Below are positions 1-9,539 of a stretch of DNA of 39,799 nucleotides, piece by piece. Numbering within the stretch: the first letter of the stretch is position 1; every line of letters begins with the position of its first letter. The notes under the pieces were generated by a model, which did no database searches, was not told the origin of the DNA, and saw only the letters and a program-made list of their open reading frames with translations. The DNA is from Deltaproteobacteria bacterium UBA4427. Its GTDB lineage: Bacteria > Myxococcota_A > UBA9160 > UBA4427. The stretch is from positions 1 to 39,799 of the forward strand of contig CAWLAJ010000003.1 in the NCBI GenBank assembly GCA_963854795.1, in the 5' to 3' direction. The translations under genes were made by a program, and so were the position numbers.

Positions 1-1
1 T

Positions 2-340
2 GATGGAGTCGGTGCTGATCGAAATCGGCACGGCATGACGAACGGATTGGATTCTGCGCTCGAGGATGATCGTATCGCGAAGCGTGAGGTCGTTGGGAAT
101 TCCGCCGATGCCATGAGGTATGCCTCCGGTCGTCTCGTTTCGGCCCGGGGCAATGATCACCACGGAAGATCCCAGACTCGCGAATTGATCGACCACGAAG
201 CGGACACCGCCTTCGCCGATGGCGGTCAGGGAGACCACGGCGATCACGCCGATCGAAACACCCAATAGCGAAAGCGCGCTGCGGCGACGGTTCTGGAGCA
301 AAGCGTTGGCAGCGAAGCGGAGTAGATCAATAAAACTCAT
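2..340 (-). CDS. ABC transporter permease (MacB/FtsX-like), N-terminal part; runs off window start
   Basis: Not in ORF track. Manual translation from ATG at 340 (ATGA overlap with the upstream ATPase stop): MSFIDLLRFAANALLQNRRRSALSLLGVSIGVIAVVSLTAIGEG..., the typical MacB-type N-terminus and first TM helix. Confidence 0.9.
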   Translation of the reverse strand, partial: MSFIDLLRFAANALLQNRRRSALSLLGVSIGVIAVVSLTAIGEGGVRFVVDQFASLGSSVVIIAPGRNETTGGIPHGIGGIPNDLTLRDTIILERRIQSVRHAVPISISTDSI

Positions 341-1062
341 GCGCTGGCCACCTTGGCTTCAAAGAGGCTTCCAAGATCCGTGACGTCGGCTCCGGATACG
401 CGCCGTACGATTTCGCCGTCGCGCAGAACGAGCACTCGATCGGCGCGGCGCGCCACACCGGGATCATGAGTGACGACGACCAGCGTTCGTCCCTCTGCCT
501 GAAGTCGCGCGAGAAGATCGAGGACCTGCGCGCCGGTCCGGGAGTCGAGGTTTCCGGTGGGTTCGTCGGCGAGCAACAGTCCGGGACCCATGACGGTCGC
601 GCGTGCGATCGCGACGCGCTGCTTCTGACCGCCCGAGAGTTCATTGGGCTTGTGGCTCGCGCGATCGACGAGAGCGACCGATTCGAGGGCCGCTTCCGCC
701 CGTTCCCGACGCTCGGCGGGATTCAGCCCGCCGAAAATCATCGGCAGCTCGACGTTCTGAAGCGCGGTGAGTCGCGGCACCAGATGAAACGACTGAAAGA
801 TGAACCCGATCCGTCGAAGCCGCACCTCCGCCAGCGCATCCTCCGACAGACCCGCGACGTCTTCCCCGCCCAGGAAATACTTTCCGCGTGTCGGCGAGTC
901 CAAGCAGCCCAAGAGGTTCAGCAGCGTGCTCTTTCCCGAGCCCGACGGGCCCATGATCGCGACGTGACTACCATCATCGATCGTCTCGGTCACTCCGCGA
1001 AGGGCATGGAGCGCATGGCCACCCATTTCATAGGTGCGCCAGAGATCCTCGACGCGAATCAC
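337..1062 (-). CDS. ABC transporter ATP-binding protein (LolD/MacB-type)
   Basis: Walker A GPSGSGKST, signature LSGGQKQR, Walker B LLLADEPTGNLD, VTHD. Start placed at GTG 1062 (GTGA overlap with adaptor stop). Confidence 0.95.
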   Translation of the reverse strand: MIRVEDLWRTYEMGGHALHALRGVTETIDDGSHVAIMGPSGSGKSTLLNLLGCLDSPTRGKYFLGGEDVAGLSEDALAEVRLRRIGFIFQSFHLVPRLTALQNVELPMIFGGLNPAERRERAEAALESVALVDRASHKPNELSGGQKQRVAIARATVMGPGLLLADEPTGNLDSRTGAQVLDLLARLQAEGRTLVVVTHDPGVARRADRVLVLRDGEIVRRVSGADVTDLGSLFEAKVASA

Positions 1063-2237
1063 CGCCAGCCTCGCTTGTCTTCCTTCATCTGGATTGCCCG
1101 CACGCCCGCTTCGATCTCGACACGGTCGAGCGCGCTCACGACGAGTTCCCCGAGCTCGAGCCCCGCCTGCACTTCGGCGTATTTCCAATTCCGAAGTCCG
1201 AGAGTGATCTCCCGTTCGACGAGTTCGCCATCCACGAGCACTAGGACCCCGCGTTCTCCCAACAAGGCCGAGCTCGGGATACGAAGCACGTTCTCCCGAT
1301 TTTCGAGTACGACTTCGGCATCGGCCGACGTTCCCGGCAGCAGGGAGACCGCGACTTCCGCGTCGTCGATCGACACTTCGATCTCGAGTGTTCGGTTCTG
1401 TGCTTCTTCATCGACCACATAGGGCGCGACCCGGGAGACGGTCCCTGCGAAGACTTTCCCAGGACGAGAGTCGACGGTCAATTTCACCGGCAGCCCCGCG
1501 CGCACTGAGCCCGAATCGACTTCGTCCATCGGCGCGCTCACAAAGATCGAGGTCGGGTCGATCAGGTCGATGACCGGCGGTGAGGTCAACAAGGGTGGCG
1601 AAGGCGTAACCCACTCACCGATTTCGACATTCACTTCCGCGACCACGCCGTCGAAGGGCGCCGCGATCACGGTCTTGGCCAGCTCGACCTCCGCCGCACG
1701 CCGCTGAGCGAGCGCTCGGGATCGTTCCGCTTTCGCGGCCGCGCAGGCAACACGCGCCGAATCAAAACCATATTGCAGCGCGTCGAGTCGATCTTCGGAC
1801 GCGACATTGTTCTCGGCGAGCTTTTCGACCCGCATGAGTTCGCGCCTCGATCGGTCTCGCAAGAGACAAGCGTCCTCCAATCGTGAATCCGCAACCGCGA
1901 CACCATGACGAGCCAGTTCGAGCTGTGCCAAATGACTCGCGTTGGCCAGTCGGATCAGCGTCTCGCCCGCCTTCACGTGGGCGCCCTCGCGATGGGCGAT
2001 CGCGACGACGCGGCCCCCGATCTCCGCCGCGATGCGCGAGCGTCGGCGTGCCTCGACGGTACCCGCCTTGGAATTCGAAACCGTGGCTTCGACGAGCCCT
2101 CGCTCGACCGCCTGGACTCGAACCTCGAGCGGGTCCGGTGCGAAGACCGTAAAGCGAAGCGCAAAGCCCAGCAGTACCACACCGAGCGCAATCGCAAGAG
2201 GAACGTATGTACGAGAGCGCCCATCTTCGGGTTTCAT
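1059..2237 (-). CDS. Efflux periplasmic adaptor subunit (MFP, MacA/HlyD family)
   Basis: N-terminal TM anchor, lipoyl half motifs (IGGRVVAI..EGAHVKAG; IAAPFDGVV), coiled-coil hairpin, IPSSAL and GL..GE C-terminal motifs; coupled to ABC ATPase and permease. Confidence 0.92.
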   Translation of the reverse strand: MKPEDGRSRTYVPLAIALGVVLLGFALRFTVFAPDPLEVRVQAVERGLVEATVSNSKAGTVEARRRSRIAAEIGGRVVAIAHREGAHVKAGETLIRLANASHLAQLELARHGVAVADSRLEDACLLRDRSRRELMRVEKLAENNVASEDRLDALQYGFDSARVACAAAKAERSRALAQRRAAEVELAKTVIAAPFDGVVAEVNVEIGEWVTPSPPLLTSPPVIDLIDPTSIFVSAPMDEVDSGSVRAGLPVKLTVDSRPGKVFAGTVSRVAPYVVDEEAQNRTLEIEVSIDDAEVAVSLLPGTSADAEVVLENRENVLRIPSSALLGERGVLVLVDGELVEREITLGLRNWKYAEVQAGLELGELVVSALDRVEIEAGVRAIQMKEDKRGWR

Positions 2238-2395
2238 CGATGGAGCCTATTTCTTGATCAATTCTGTCATCGATCCGATTTTGATCGACATGTTCACACG
2301 TCGATCCTGCAATGGGCGCGGCCCCGACTCTAGCAGACGCGAAAACGACTGGGACGTTGGTCGGCGGCCACCGAAGAGGCGCAGCAAAGCAGCAC

Positions 2396-3190
2396 CTAAC
2401 GCCCTCGAAACTTCGGCTCTCGCTTCTCTACGAAGGCCGCACCGGCCTCCCTCGCGTCATCCGTCTCGACCGAGAGCATTTCGACCGCCAGGCCCGCGTC
2501 CAGTGTGAGATTGACGCTATTTCGCAGATGCTGATTCAGCGTCATCTTTGTCCATCGAATCGCGACGGCCGGACCGGCCGCCAATTTTCGGGCGTGTGCG
2601 ACCGCGCGGTCGAGAAGGTCCGCCGACGGAACCGAGTAATTCACCAGTCCCATCTCGGCCGCCGCAACGCCGGTCACCAATTCGCCACCCATCAGGAGTT
2701 CTTTGGCACGGTGGAGGCCGATCAAGAGCGGCCAGATCGCTGCTCCACCGTCTCCGGCAACCAGTCCCATCTTGACATGGGTGTCTCCGATTCGAGCATC
2801 GTCCGCCATGTAGATGATGTCCGACAGGAGCGCGATCGTCGCGCCCAGGCCGGCCGCGACGCCGTTGACCGCGGCGATCACCGGCGCTTCGCAGTTCACC
2901 ATCTCGTGAACGAGATTTTTCGGACCTCGCAGCTTGTCGAAGGGGCCGGGATCGCTCGGATAGAAGCCGACCATGTCGCCTCCGGCACAGAACGCCTTGC
3001 CCTCGCCCGTAAGGACGATGGCGCCCACGTCGGGATCGGTTCCCAAGGGTCGCCAGAGTTTTTCGAGTCCTTCATGGAGCGCGAAATTGATCGCGTTTCG
3101 TTTCTCGGGGCGATTCAAACGCACGATCGCGACACGATCTTCGATGTCGATCGTGAGATGGTGTGCCTCGACAAATTCCTGATAGTCCAA
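2396..3190 (-). CDS. Crotonase/enoyl-CoA hydratase superfamily protein, His-Asp type
   Basis: LNRPEKRNA, AFCAGGD, AVNGVAAGLG, AFVEKREPKF. The canonical glutamates are absent (GATIAL; DTHVKMGLVAGDG). Confidence 0.92.
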   Translation of the reverse strand: MDYQEFVEAHHLTIDIEDRVAIVRLNRPEKRNAINFALHEGLEKLWRPLGTDPDVGAIVLTGEGKAFCAGGDMVGFYPSDPGPFDKLRGPKNLVHEMVNCEAPVIAAVNGVAAGLGATIALLSDIIYMADDARIGDTHVKMGLVAGDGGAAIWPLLIGLHRAKELLMGGELVTGVAAAEMGLVNYSVPSADLLDRAVAHARKLAAGPAVAIRWTKMTLNQHLRNSVNLTLDAGLAVEMLSVETDDAREAGAAFVEKREPKFRGR

Positions 3191-3277
3191 CGGACGCCTC
3201 CCCGGCCCTCGCCATGATTCTCGCCTTCTACTCTATCAACCTTCCGTGAGCGCTCGAATCGCGCCCATTTGCATCCA

Positions 3278-4741
3278 TCATTTCGGGAACTCCCGATCCG
3301 AAACACGCTCGGCCCGCAAGGCACCGCGACGAACCTTCCCCGCATCATCCTTGATCGCGAAGCGGACGAATTCGAAGGTTCGCGGGATCTTGTAGCGCAC
3401 GAGTCGATCGTCCAGATAGGATCGCAGATCCTCGGCGGCAAGCGAAGAATGGGTCTCGACGATCGCATGCACGACCGCTCCGAGGTCCTCGTCCGGAAGA
3501 CCGATCGCGGCGCAGGAAAGTACGTCGGGATGTGATTCGATCGCGCCTTCGACTTCGGCCGGGTAGATATTGGAGCCGCCGCTGATGATCAGATCCGTTC
3601 GCCGGTCGACGAGAAAGAGGTAGTCGTCTTCGTCGAGATAGCCCATGTCCCCGAGCGTCTCCCAACCGTCCTCCCGACGACGAGGCGAGGCGCCGAGATA
3701 GTGATAGGTCGAGCCCGGACCATCCGGGGGCATGCAGTAGATATCCCCGATCTCGCCGCGCGGCAGCTCTTCGCCTTCGGCCCCGAGAATCTTGAGCTTG
3801 CGCCCCTCGCTCACTCGACCGACCGAACCCGGTTTCTCGAGCCACTCTTTCCCCGAAATGATCGTGCCCCCGATTCGTTCGCTGCCGCCGTAGGCTTCCC
3901 AGACTCGATCGGGACCGATCCAGTCGATCCACTCGCGAGCGAGCCATTTGGGTAGTGACGCGCTGGCCGAAATGACTCGATGGAGCGAAGACAGGTCGAA
4001 AGACTCGCGCTCTTGCTTCGGGAGTTTCCAGATTCGCAGGAGCATGGTGGGAACGAAGATCGCCAGCTCGAGCCGGTGCGTCACGATCAGATCGAGCGCC
4101 TCTCGCGCGTCGAAACGCGACATCAAGACGACCTTCCCACCGCCTAACAAGATCGTCAAGCAGTTGATCAGTGGACCCGAATGGTAGAGGGGCCCCGGAA
4201 CGAGAATGCTCGCGCCGGGCGGCCGGCCATGAAAGCCGGCCTCCGGATCGATCTCGGCACGGATATGATCGACGATGACCTTCGGACGGCCGGTACTCCC
4301 GCCTGAGCAGATCGCGAAACGGTGGTGCGAAACGCGATCCGGCAACGGTTCGACGGATTGCGTGGAGACGTCCGTGTCGGCGGGGAAGGTCCGGCTCTCT
4401 GCGACGCTGCCGGAAGCCTTGCCAACGAGGAGTCGGGGGCCAACGAGATCGATGATGGCGTCGCGTTCCTGGTCGGGCAGTCGGACCGAAATCGGTTGCG
4501 GTGTCGCCCCCAATTTCCAGCAGGCAAAGAAGGATTCTACGACTTCGCGCCCGTTGGGTAGCGAGATCGTGACGAAATCACCTTCACCAACGCCGCGTTC
4601 CGCGAACGCACGCGCGAGACGATTCGAATTCTCCTCGAGTCCGGCGTAGCGGGTCGACCGACCCTCATGGATGAGGGCAACGGCATCTGGCTGGCGCGAA
4701 GCCGACCTCGTGAGCGCACGACCGTAGGAACAGACCGTCAT
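3278..4741 (-). CDS. Acyl-CoA synthetase / AMP-binding protein (bile acid-CoA ligase-like subfamily)
   Basis: P-loop SGGSTGRPK, YGGSE, TLGDMG, DRRTDLIISGGSNIYPAEVE, terminal GKVRR. ATG at 4741 overlaps the upstream stop (TGATG). Confidence 0.92.
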   Translation of the reverse strand: MTVCSYGRALTRSASRQPDAVALIHEGRSTRYAGLEENSNRLARAFAERGVGEGDFVTISLPNGREVVESFFACWKLGATPQPISVRLPDQERDAIIDLVGPRLLVGKASGSVAESRTFPADTDVSTQSVEPLPDRVSHHRFAICSGGSTGRPKVIVDHIRAEIDPEAGFHGRPPGASILVPGPLYHSGPLINCLTILLGGGKVVLMSRFDAREALDLIVTHRLELAIFVPTMLLRIWKLPKQERESFDLSSLHRVISASASLPKWLAREWIDWIGPDRVWEAYGGSERIGGTIISGKEWLEKPGSVGRVSEGRKLKILGAEGEELPRGEIGDIYCMPPDGPGSTYHYLGASPRRREDGWETLGDMGYLDEDDYLFLVDRRTDLIISGGSNIYPAEVEGAIESHPDVLSCAAIGLPDEDLGAVVHAIVETHSSLAAEDLRSYLDDRLVRYKIPRTFEFVRFAIKDDAGKVRRGALRAERVSDREFPK

Positions 4742-6042
4742 CAGAGCGACAAGAGGTCCTTTTCGATGATGCCGGCCTTCACGACGAGCGCGATGTTCTG
4801 CGGATCGCGGTGCACGCCGACGTCCGAGGTCGGATCGCCATTCACGACGATCAAGTCGGCCAGCTTGCCCTCCTCGATCGCGCCGAGGTCCGCTCCGCGC
4901 GTGCCCATGGCCCGCGCACCGTTTCGCGTCGCCCATCGCATGACTTCGATTGGCTCGACGCCGTGCTTCACGTAGAGCTCCATCTCGGACGCGTAGTCGC
5001 CGTGAGGCATCATCGCGAACCCATAGTCGTCTCCCAGCAGCAGTCGAATGCCCGCCTCGCGTAGCTTCGGGAACATCGACAGTGTGTGGTCCGAGTCGCG
5101 ACGAACCTGTTCGATGCGCGCGAGTGTCTGGGCCTGCGTTTCCGGAAAGCCGTCACCGATTGGAAAGGGCCCGAGTTCAAAGTTCCAGCTGTCGGCAAAG
5201 CCCAGATATCGATCCGTCCAGAGCAGACTGGGCGTGATCGATGCATCGGCGCGAAGAACCGCTTCGATTCCCTCCTCATCGATCAGATCCGCGTGGTCGA
5301 TGATGTCGACGCCGGCCCGTGCACAGTCGATGATGCCCGTCCTCGAAGGACAATGCGCTCGAACCAGTGCTCCGCGTCCATGCGCGGTATCCACGGCAGC
5401 CTGAATTTCCTCACTCGTATAGTAGTTCCAGTCCGGGATCGGCTGACTACCGTGTCCATTGCTGATCGAGAGCTTGACGATTTCGCAGCCGCGACCGAGT
5501 TCCTCACGAATGGCCTGGCGAATCTCTTCGACGCCGTCCGCTCGCCGGACGAGCCCATGATTCTGGATCCCCATGAACCAGGCGCGATTGTCGCCATCCG
5601 CTGAATCGCCCGACGCCAGGATCTCTCGCGTACAGGGCAGGACGCGCGGGCCCCGAGTCAAACCGAGCAGAATCGCTTCCTTCAGACAGACGTCGAGAAG
5701 ATCGCCATTGCTCGATCCGATCAAGCTGGTCACGCCGAAGTCGAGGGCGATCTGGGCATTCTTCGCAGCGACCATGCCGAGAAAAGCGGGCGGCATATTC
5801 AGTCCGAGGTAGGGCGATGCATTTCCCGCGTCGGGTCCGAAGCCCGTATGGAAATGGCACTGCACCATACCCGGCATGAGCGTCTTGCCTTCGAGTTCAA
5901 CGACCGTGTCGTCGTCTTCCGCCGAAACGTCCGCCGAGCCGACCTGCGTGATTCGGTCTCCGTCCACAACGACGGTGGCTCCAGCGGGCAGGACGTCTTG
6001 CCCGTCGAATATCCGGCCGCCTCTGAAAACGATTCGCGCCAT
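4741..6042 (-). CDS. Metal-dependent amidohydrolase (prolidase/imidazolonepropionase-like)
   Basis: GKTLMPGMVQCHFH (HxH), VKL (putative carbamylated Lys), AHC, DHA, GDD, GAIEEGKLADLIVV..DP. GGAGG RBS upstream of ATG 6042. Confidence 0.9.
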   Translation of the reverse strand: MARIVFRGGRIFDGQDVLPAGATVVVDGDRITQVGSADVSAEDDDTVVELEGKTLMPGMVQCHFHTGFGPDAGNASPYLGLNMPPAFLGMVAAKNAQIALDFGVTSLIGSSNGDLLDVCLKEAILLGLTRGPRVLPCTREILASGDSADGDNRAWFMGIQNHGLVRRADGVEEIRQAIREELGRGCEIVKLSISNGHGSQPIPDWNYYTSEEIQAAVDTAHGRGALVRAHCPSRTGIIDCARAGVDIIDHADLIDEEGIEAVLRADASITPSLLWTDRYLGFADSWNFELGPFPIGDGFPETQAQTLARIEQVRRDSDHTLSMFPKLREAGIRLLLGDDYGFAMMPHGDYASEMELYVKHGVEPIEVMRWATRNGARAMGTRGADLGAIEEGKLADLIVVNGDPTSDVGVHRDPQNIALVVKAGIIEKDLLSL

Positions 6043-6147
6043 GATGATGCCCTCCGGAGGCCGATGCCTCGACCGATGGAATCGTATCACGTCGTCTTCG
6101 TTTCATCCGATCCGCGACACAGCGGCTTCGAGCGACTATTGCGCTCG

Positions 6148-7023
6148 TTAGCCCTGGTCCGACTGGGCGGAGCGAAACTTCATCGCCGAGACAGAATGGT
6201 CTTCCGAAAGATCCACGACGAGATCGGCTTCGGACGGAAGAACCCGGTCCATGGCCAGGGTCGTGCGCTCGTAGTGCTGGACGAAATGATCGATCGCGTC
6301 CGAATCCAATCGCTGATGTCTAGGACGCCCGCTTTCCTGCTGAAGGCGCCAGCGACGAACGGCTTCGAGATTCGGAACCCTCAGGAAAATCAGGTAGTCG
6401 AGCATCTGCCAAGTCCTGGCGTAGGAGTCCGATAAGTAATCATGGACGAGCCGGCGCCAGCGTCCATCGGCATCCTTCGTCTCCTCCAGCAGGTTGATCG
6501 GAACATCGAGCTGTGATTCCGCTTCCGGCTGCGCGCCGACGCACCAACCTTCGAGTAGGACGAGGTCGAAGGGGCCTCGCACCGAGCGGACGCCCACCCG
6601 ATCGTCGATGCCTTTATCAAAAGCCGGCAGATCGACTTCTTCGTCCCGTTGCAGCCGCTCCATCAGTAAACGACAGAGGTCCATCTCGTGCGTTCCCGGC
6701 GGCCCGCGCGTCTCGAAGAGCGGATGAAGTCGCGCCGCGCGTTCGCGCCGAATCGAAAGTGGGTAGTAGAAGTCGTCCAGACTGAGAACACAGACTCGAA
6801 CGCCCACCTCGGCACACGCGGACGCGATCAATGCACTGAGCGTCGACTTGCCTGCGCCCTGTCCTCCCGCAAGCCCGACGAAGTGCGGCCGCCGATCAGC
6901 CCATTGCTCGGCGAGAAGCGCGGCGATCTCTCGATAGTCCTGGGGCGCAGAAGAATCGAGAAGAGCGACTCGATCCCCGAAGGCCGGCGTCACTTCACGG
7001 CCGGCCAGCTCGGCAATTTTCAA
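6148..7023 (-). CDS. D-glycerate 3-kinase-like P-loop kinase (GLYK family)
   Basis: GGQGAGKST, SLDDFY, TRGPPGTH, PAFDKGIDDR, LEGWCVG, WRLQQE, FVQHYER. TTG start at 7023 overlaps the upstream stop (TTGA). Confidence 0.82.
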   Translation of the reverse strand: MKIAELAGREVTPAFGDRVALLDSSAPQDYREIAALLAEQWADRRPHFVGLAGGQGAGKSTLSALIASACAEVGVRVCVLSLDDFYYPLSIRRERAARLHPLFETRGPPGTHEMDLCRLLMERLQRDEEVDLPAFDKGIDDRVGVRSVRGPFDLVLLEGWCVGAQPEAESQLDVPINLLEETKDADGRWRRLVHDYLSDSYARTWQMLDYLIFLRVPNLEAVRRWRLQQESGRPRHQRLDSDAIDHFVQHYERTTLAMDRVLPSEADLVVDLSEDHSVSAMKFRSAQSDQG

Positions 7024-7976
7024 GAGCCCGCCTTGGACCCCGACGGCCCCCGCTCGAAAGGCTCGTCTCGCTTTCGAATCGCCTCTTTCAGCTTGCCCGC
7101 TCCGATCCCTGTCTGTTCGATGAATTCCTTGAAACTCGCCTGATGCATCGCCAGTGAACAGAGTTCGGTTCCCTGGCGCAGTCCCTGGCGAAGTCCCATT
7201 GCTTCCATCTGTCGATGTACCGCCCGTTTGTTCAACTGGACGATGTCGGTTGGCAGTGCGGCAATTCGCTTGGCCTGCGCGAGCGTCCTTTCCTCGAGTT
7301 CCCCAGCCGGATAGGCGCGGGTCGCCCAGCCGCGTCGCGCTGCCTCGACACCGTCGATCGAATCGCCGGTCAGCACCATCTCCATCCCCAGCCGCATCCC
7401 CAGCAACCAGGCATGGAATTGCATGTCGGGCACGCCAAACCGAACGGCCGGATATCCCATCTGCGCATCCTCCGCCATGTAAACGACATCGCATCCGGTG
7501 GCGAGTTCGCTCCCTCCCGCGAGACAGACTCCATGCACCTGCGCGATGACCGGTTTCTGAAGTTCCCAGATCCCCATCCAACCTTCGATGACATGGCGTG
7601 GATGATGACCCTCGCCCCCCGCGGTGTAATAGGGTGGTTCGACGCCGTCACTGCCACCGCCGAGGTCATAGCCCGCAGAAAAACTCCGCCCGGCACCCCG
7701 AATGATCATGACGTGGATCTCCGCATCCGAATCGGCTTCCTGCAGCGCGTGCAGGAGTTCGCCGCGAAGAGTGTTATTCAGAGCGTTGTGCTTTTCCGGT
7801 CGGTTGAGCGTCATTCGCCGAACATTCGGTGCGGGGTCATCGACCAGGAGGACCGTATAGTCGGCCGCCGACTCGGGCCAACTGGTCCGACGCGCCCCCG
7901 TTCTTGCTTCATCCGCGATCGCTGGGTCGCGACCGCGGTCCTCCGTGTCCTCGCCTCGCTCATCGGTGTTGCTCAT
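7020..7976 (-). CDS. Enoyl-CoA hydratase/isomerase family protein
   Basis: LNRPEKHNAL, SFSAGYDL, QVHGVCLAGGSEL. ATG 7976 preceded by a GAGGAG RBS. Confidence 0.92.
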   Translation of the reverse strand: MSNTDERGEDTEDRGRDPAIADEARTGARRTSWPESAADYTVLLVDDPAPNVRRMTLNRPEKHNALNNTLRGELLHALQEADSDAEIHVMIIRGAGRSFSAGYDLGGGSDGVEPPYYTAGGEGHHPRHVIEGWMGIWELQKPVIAQVHGVCLAGGSELATGCDVVYMAEDAQMGYPAVRFGVPDMQFHAWLLGMRLGMEMVLTGDSIDGVEAARRGWATRAYPAGELEERTLAQAKRIAALPTDIVQLNKRAVHRQMEAMGLRQGLRQGTELCSLAMHQASFKEFIEQTGIGAGKLKEAIRKRDEPFERGPSGSKAGS

Positions 7977-8104
7977 GCAATCGCTCCTCTCGCCACAAAT
8001 CCTAACCAAAGCCATCCACTCGTTCACACCGGGCGACTCCTCAACCCTGAACGCTTCAGAGTGCTAGATTCGTCGATCCGCGACCCCTGGGAGGCCACTG
8101 GCTC

Positions 8105-8695
8105 ATGAACGACCCGCTCGACTCGAACGAGATCGAAATATTGCGCTCCAAGGATTGGACGCGCCGGCGGTTTCTGCGACGCGCAGGTGTCGGCGCTCTG
8201 GGCACCGCAATCGGTCTGTACGGCAGGACGCCCTACGCCCTTGCCGCCACCGCCGCGAACTCTCGACCCGACGTCCAACTTCTCGAGGCGAGTCCCTTCG
8301 TCTATGTCTCTCCGATTCAAACGAACGGAAAGGAAAGCACTTGCCATGCCGAACTCTGGTACGCCTGGCTCGACGACAGCATCATCGTCACCGTCGCTGC
8401 TGATCGCTGGAAGGCGACAGCGCTCGACAAGGGACTCGACAGAGCGCGGATCTGGGTCGGCGATCACGGTCGCTGGAAGACGTTCTTCGGAGGGCGAAAC
8501 GAGAAATTCCGAGAAGCGCCGAATTTTCTGGCTGACGCCGAAAGGGTCGACGACCCCAAAACGATCGATCGATTGATCGCCGTCTACGACGAGAAATATC
8601 CTGAGGAAATCGCGCAATGGCGTAGCGCCATGATCTCGGGCAGTGCGGACGGTTCGCGAATCCTGATTCGCTATCGCCTCGCGACTGTCAAGTAG
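8105..8695 (+). CDS. Tat-exported hypothetical protein, probable pyridoxamine-5'-phosphate-oxidase-like split barrel
   Basis: TRRRFLRR twin-arginine motif, hydrophobic stretch and ALA cleavage site. The mature part has a PPOX-like pattern (W..W..D.I.V....RWK..L..G...ARIWV; Y..KY). Confidence 0.7.
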   Translation: MNDPLDSNEIEILRSKDWTRRRFLRRAGVGALGTAIGLYGRTPYALAATAANSRPDVQLLEASPFVYVSPIQTNGKESTCHAELWYAWLDDSIIVTVAADRWKATALDKGLDRARIWVGDHGRWKTFFGGRNEKFREAPNFLADAERVDDPKTIDRLIAVYDEKYPEEIAQWRSAMISGSADGSRILIRYRLATVK

Positions 8696-8731
8696 CTCGG
8701 CGATCGGAAGAGCAGCGAGAGGGGAAACCAG

Positions 8732-9514
8732 ATGAGCAAAACGGCTCTGATCACGGGCGCATCGGCAGGCCTCGGCGTCGAGTTCGCAAATCAGTTGGCG
8801 GCGACGGGTGTCGACCTGATCCTCGTCGCCCGTCGCAAGGAAAAACTCGAAGAAGTCGCCAAGCGTCTTCGCGAGAAATACGACGTCGAAGTCACGACGG
8901 TCAGCGCCGATCTCGCAGATCGAGAGGCACCCCGAGAACTCTTCGAATTCACTCGCTCGGCCAACCTGACCGTCGACTACCTGATCAACAACGCGGGCAG
9001 CTCGGGCCCCCACCTACTCGAAGAAGAGGAATGGGCGCCCCAGGCAGAGTTTCTCGAGCTGATGATGCTGTCCGTCACTCATATGTGTCATCACTTCATT
9101 CCCCCCATGCGAAAACGCGGCTTCGGCCGGATCATCAACGTCTCCTCCGTTGCCGGCCGGCTCCCCCGACCGGCCGGAGGACACTACGGACCCTCGAAGG
9201 CTTATCTGATTGCGCTGACCGAAGAACTGGACCTGATCCTCGCCGGGACCGGGGTTCAGGTGTCCGCGCTTTGTCCGGGATTCACGCATACCGATTTTCA
9301 TCAGGCCGGTGACCTGCTCGAGATGAAGAACGCCACGCCAAAATTCGTTTGGTATGAAGCCGAAACAGTCGTGCGAGAAGGTCTTCGCGCCGTCGAAAAG
9401 GGCAAGCCGATCATGATTTCGGGTCGACTCTATCGCTGGCTCGACCCACTGACCCAATCGGTTCTCACGAGATCGCTACTGAAGATGGTTTCGCCCGGGC
9501 GCGACCTGAACTGA
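8732..9514 (+). CDS. Short-chain dehydrogenase/reductase
   Basis: TGASAGLG, LVARR, NNAG, NVSS, catalytic YGPSK, LCPGFTHT. Confidence 0.95.
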   Translation: MSKTALITGASAGLGVEFANQLAATGVDLILVARRKEKLEEVAKRLREKYDVEVTTVSADLADREAPRELFEFTRSANLTVDYLINNAGSSGPHLLEEEEWAPQAEFLELMMLSVTHMCHHFIPPMRKRGFGRIINVSSVAGRLPRPAGGHYGPSKAYLIALTEELDLILAGTGVQVSALCPGFTHTDFHQAGDLLEMKNATPKFVWYEAETVVREGLRAVEKGKPIMISGRLYRWLDPLTQSVLTRSLLKMVSPGRDLN

Positions 9515-9539
9515 TCGGAACGGATCGGCCGTGGGAAAA

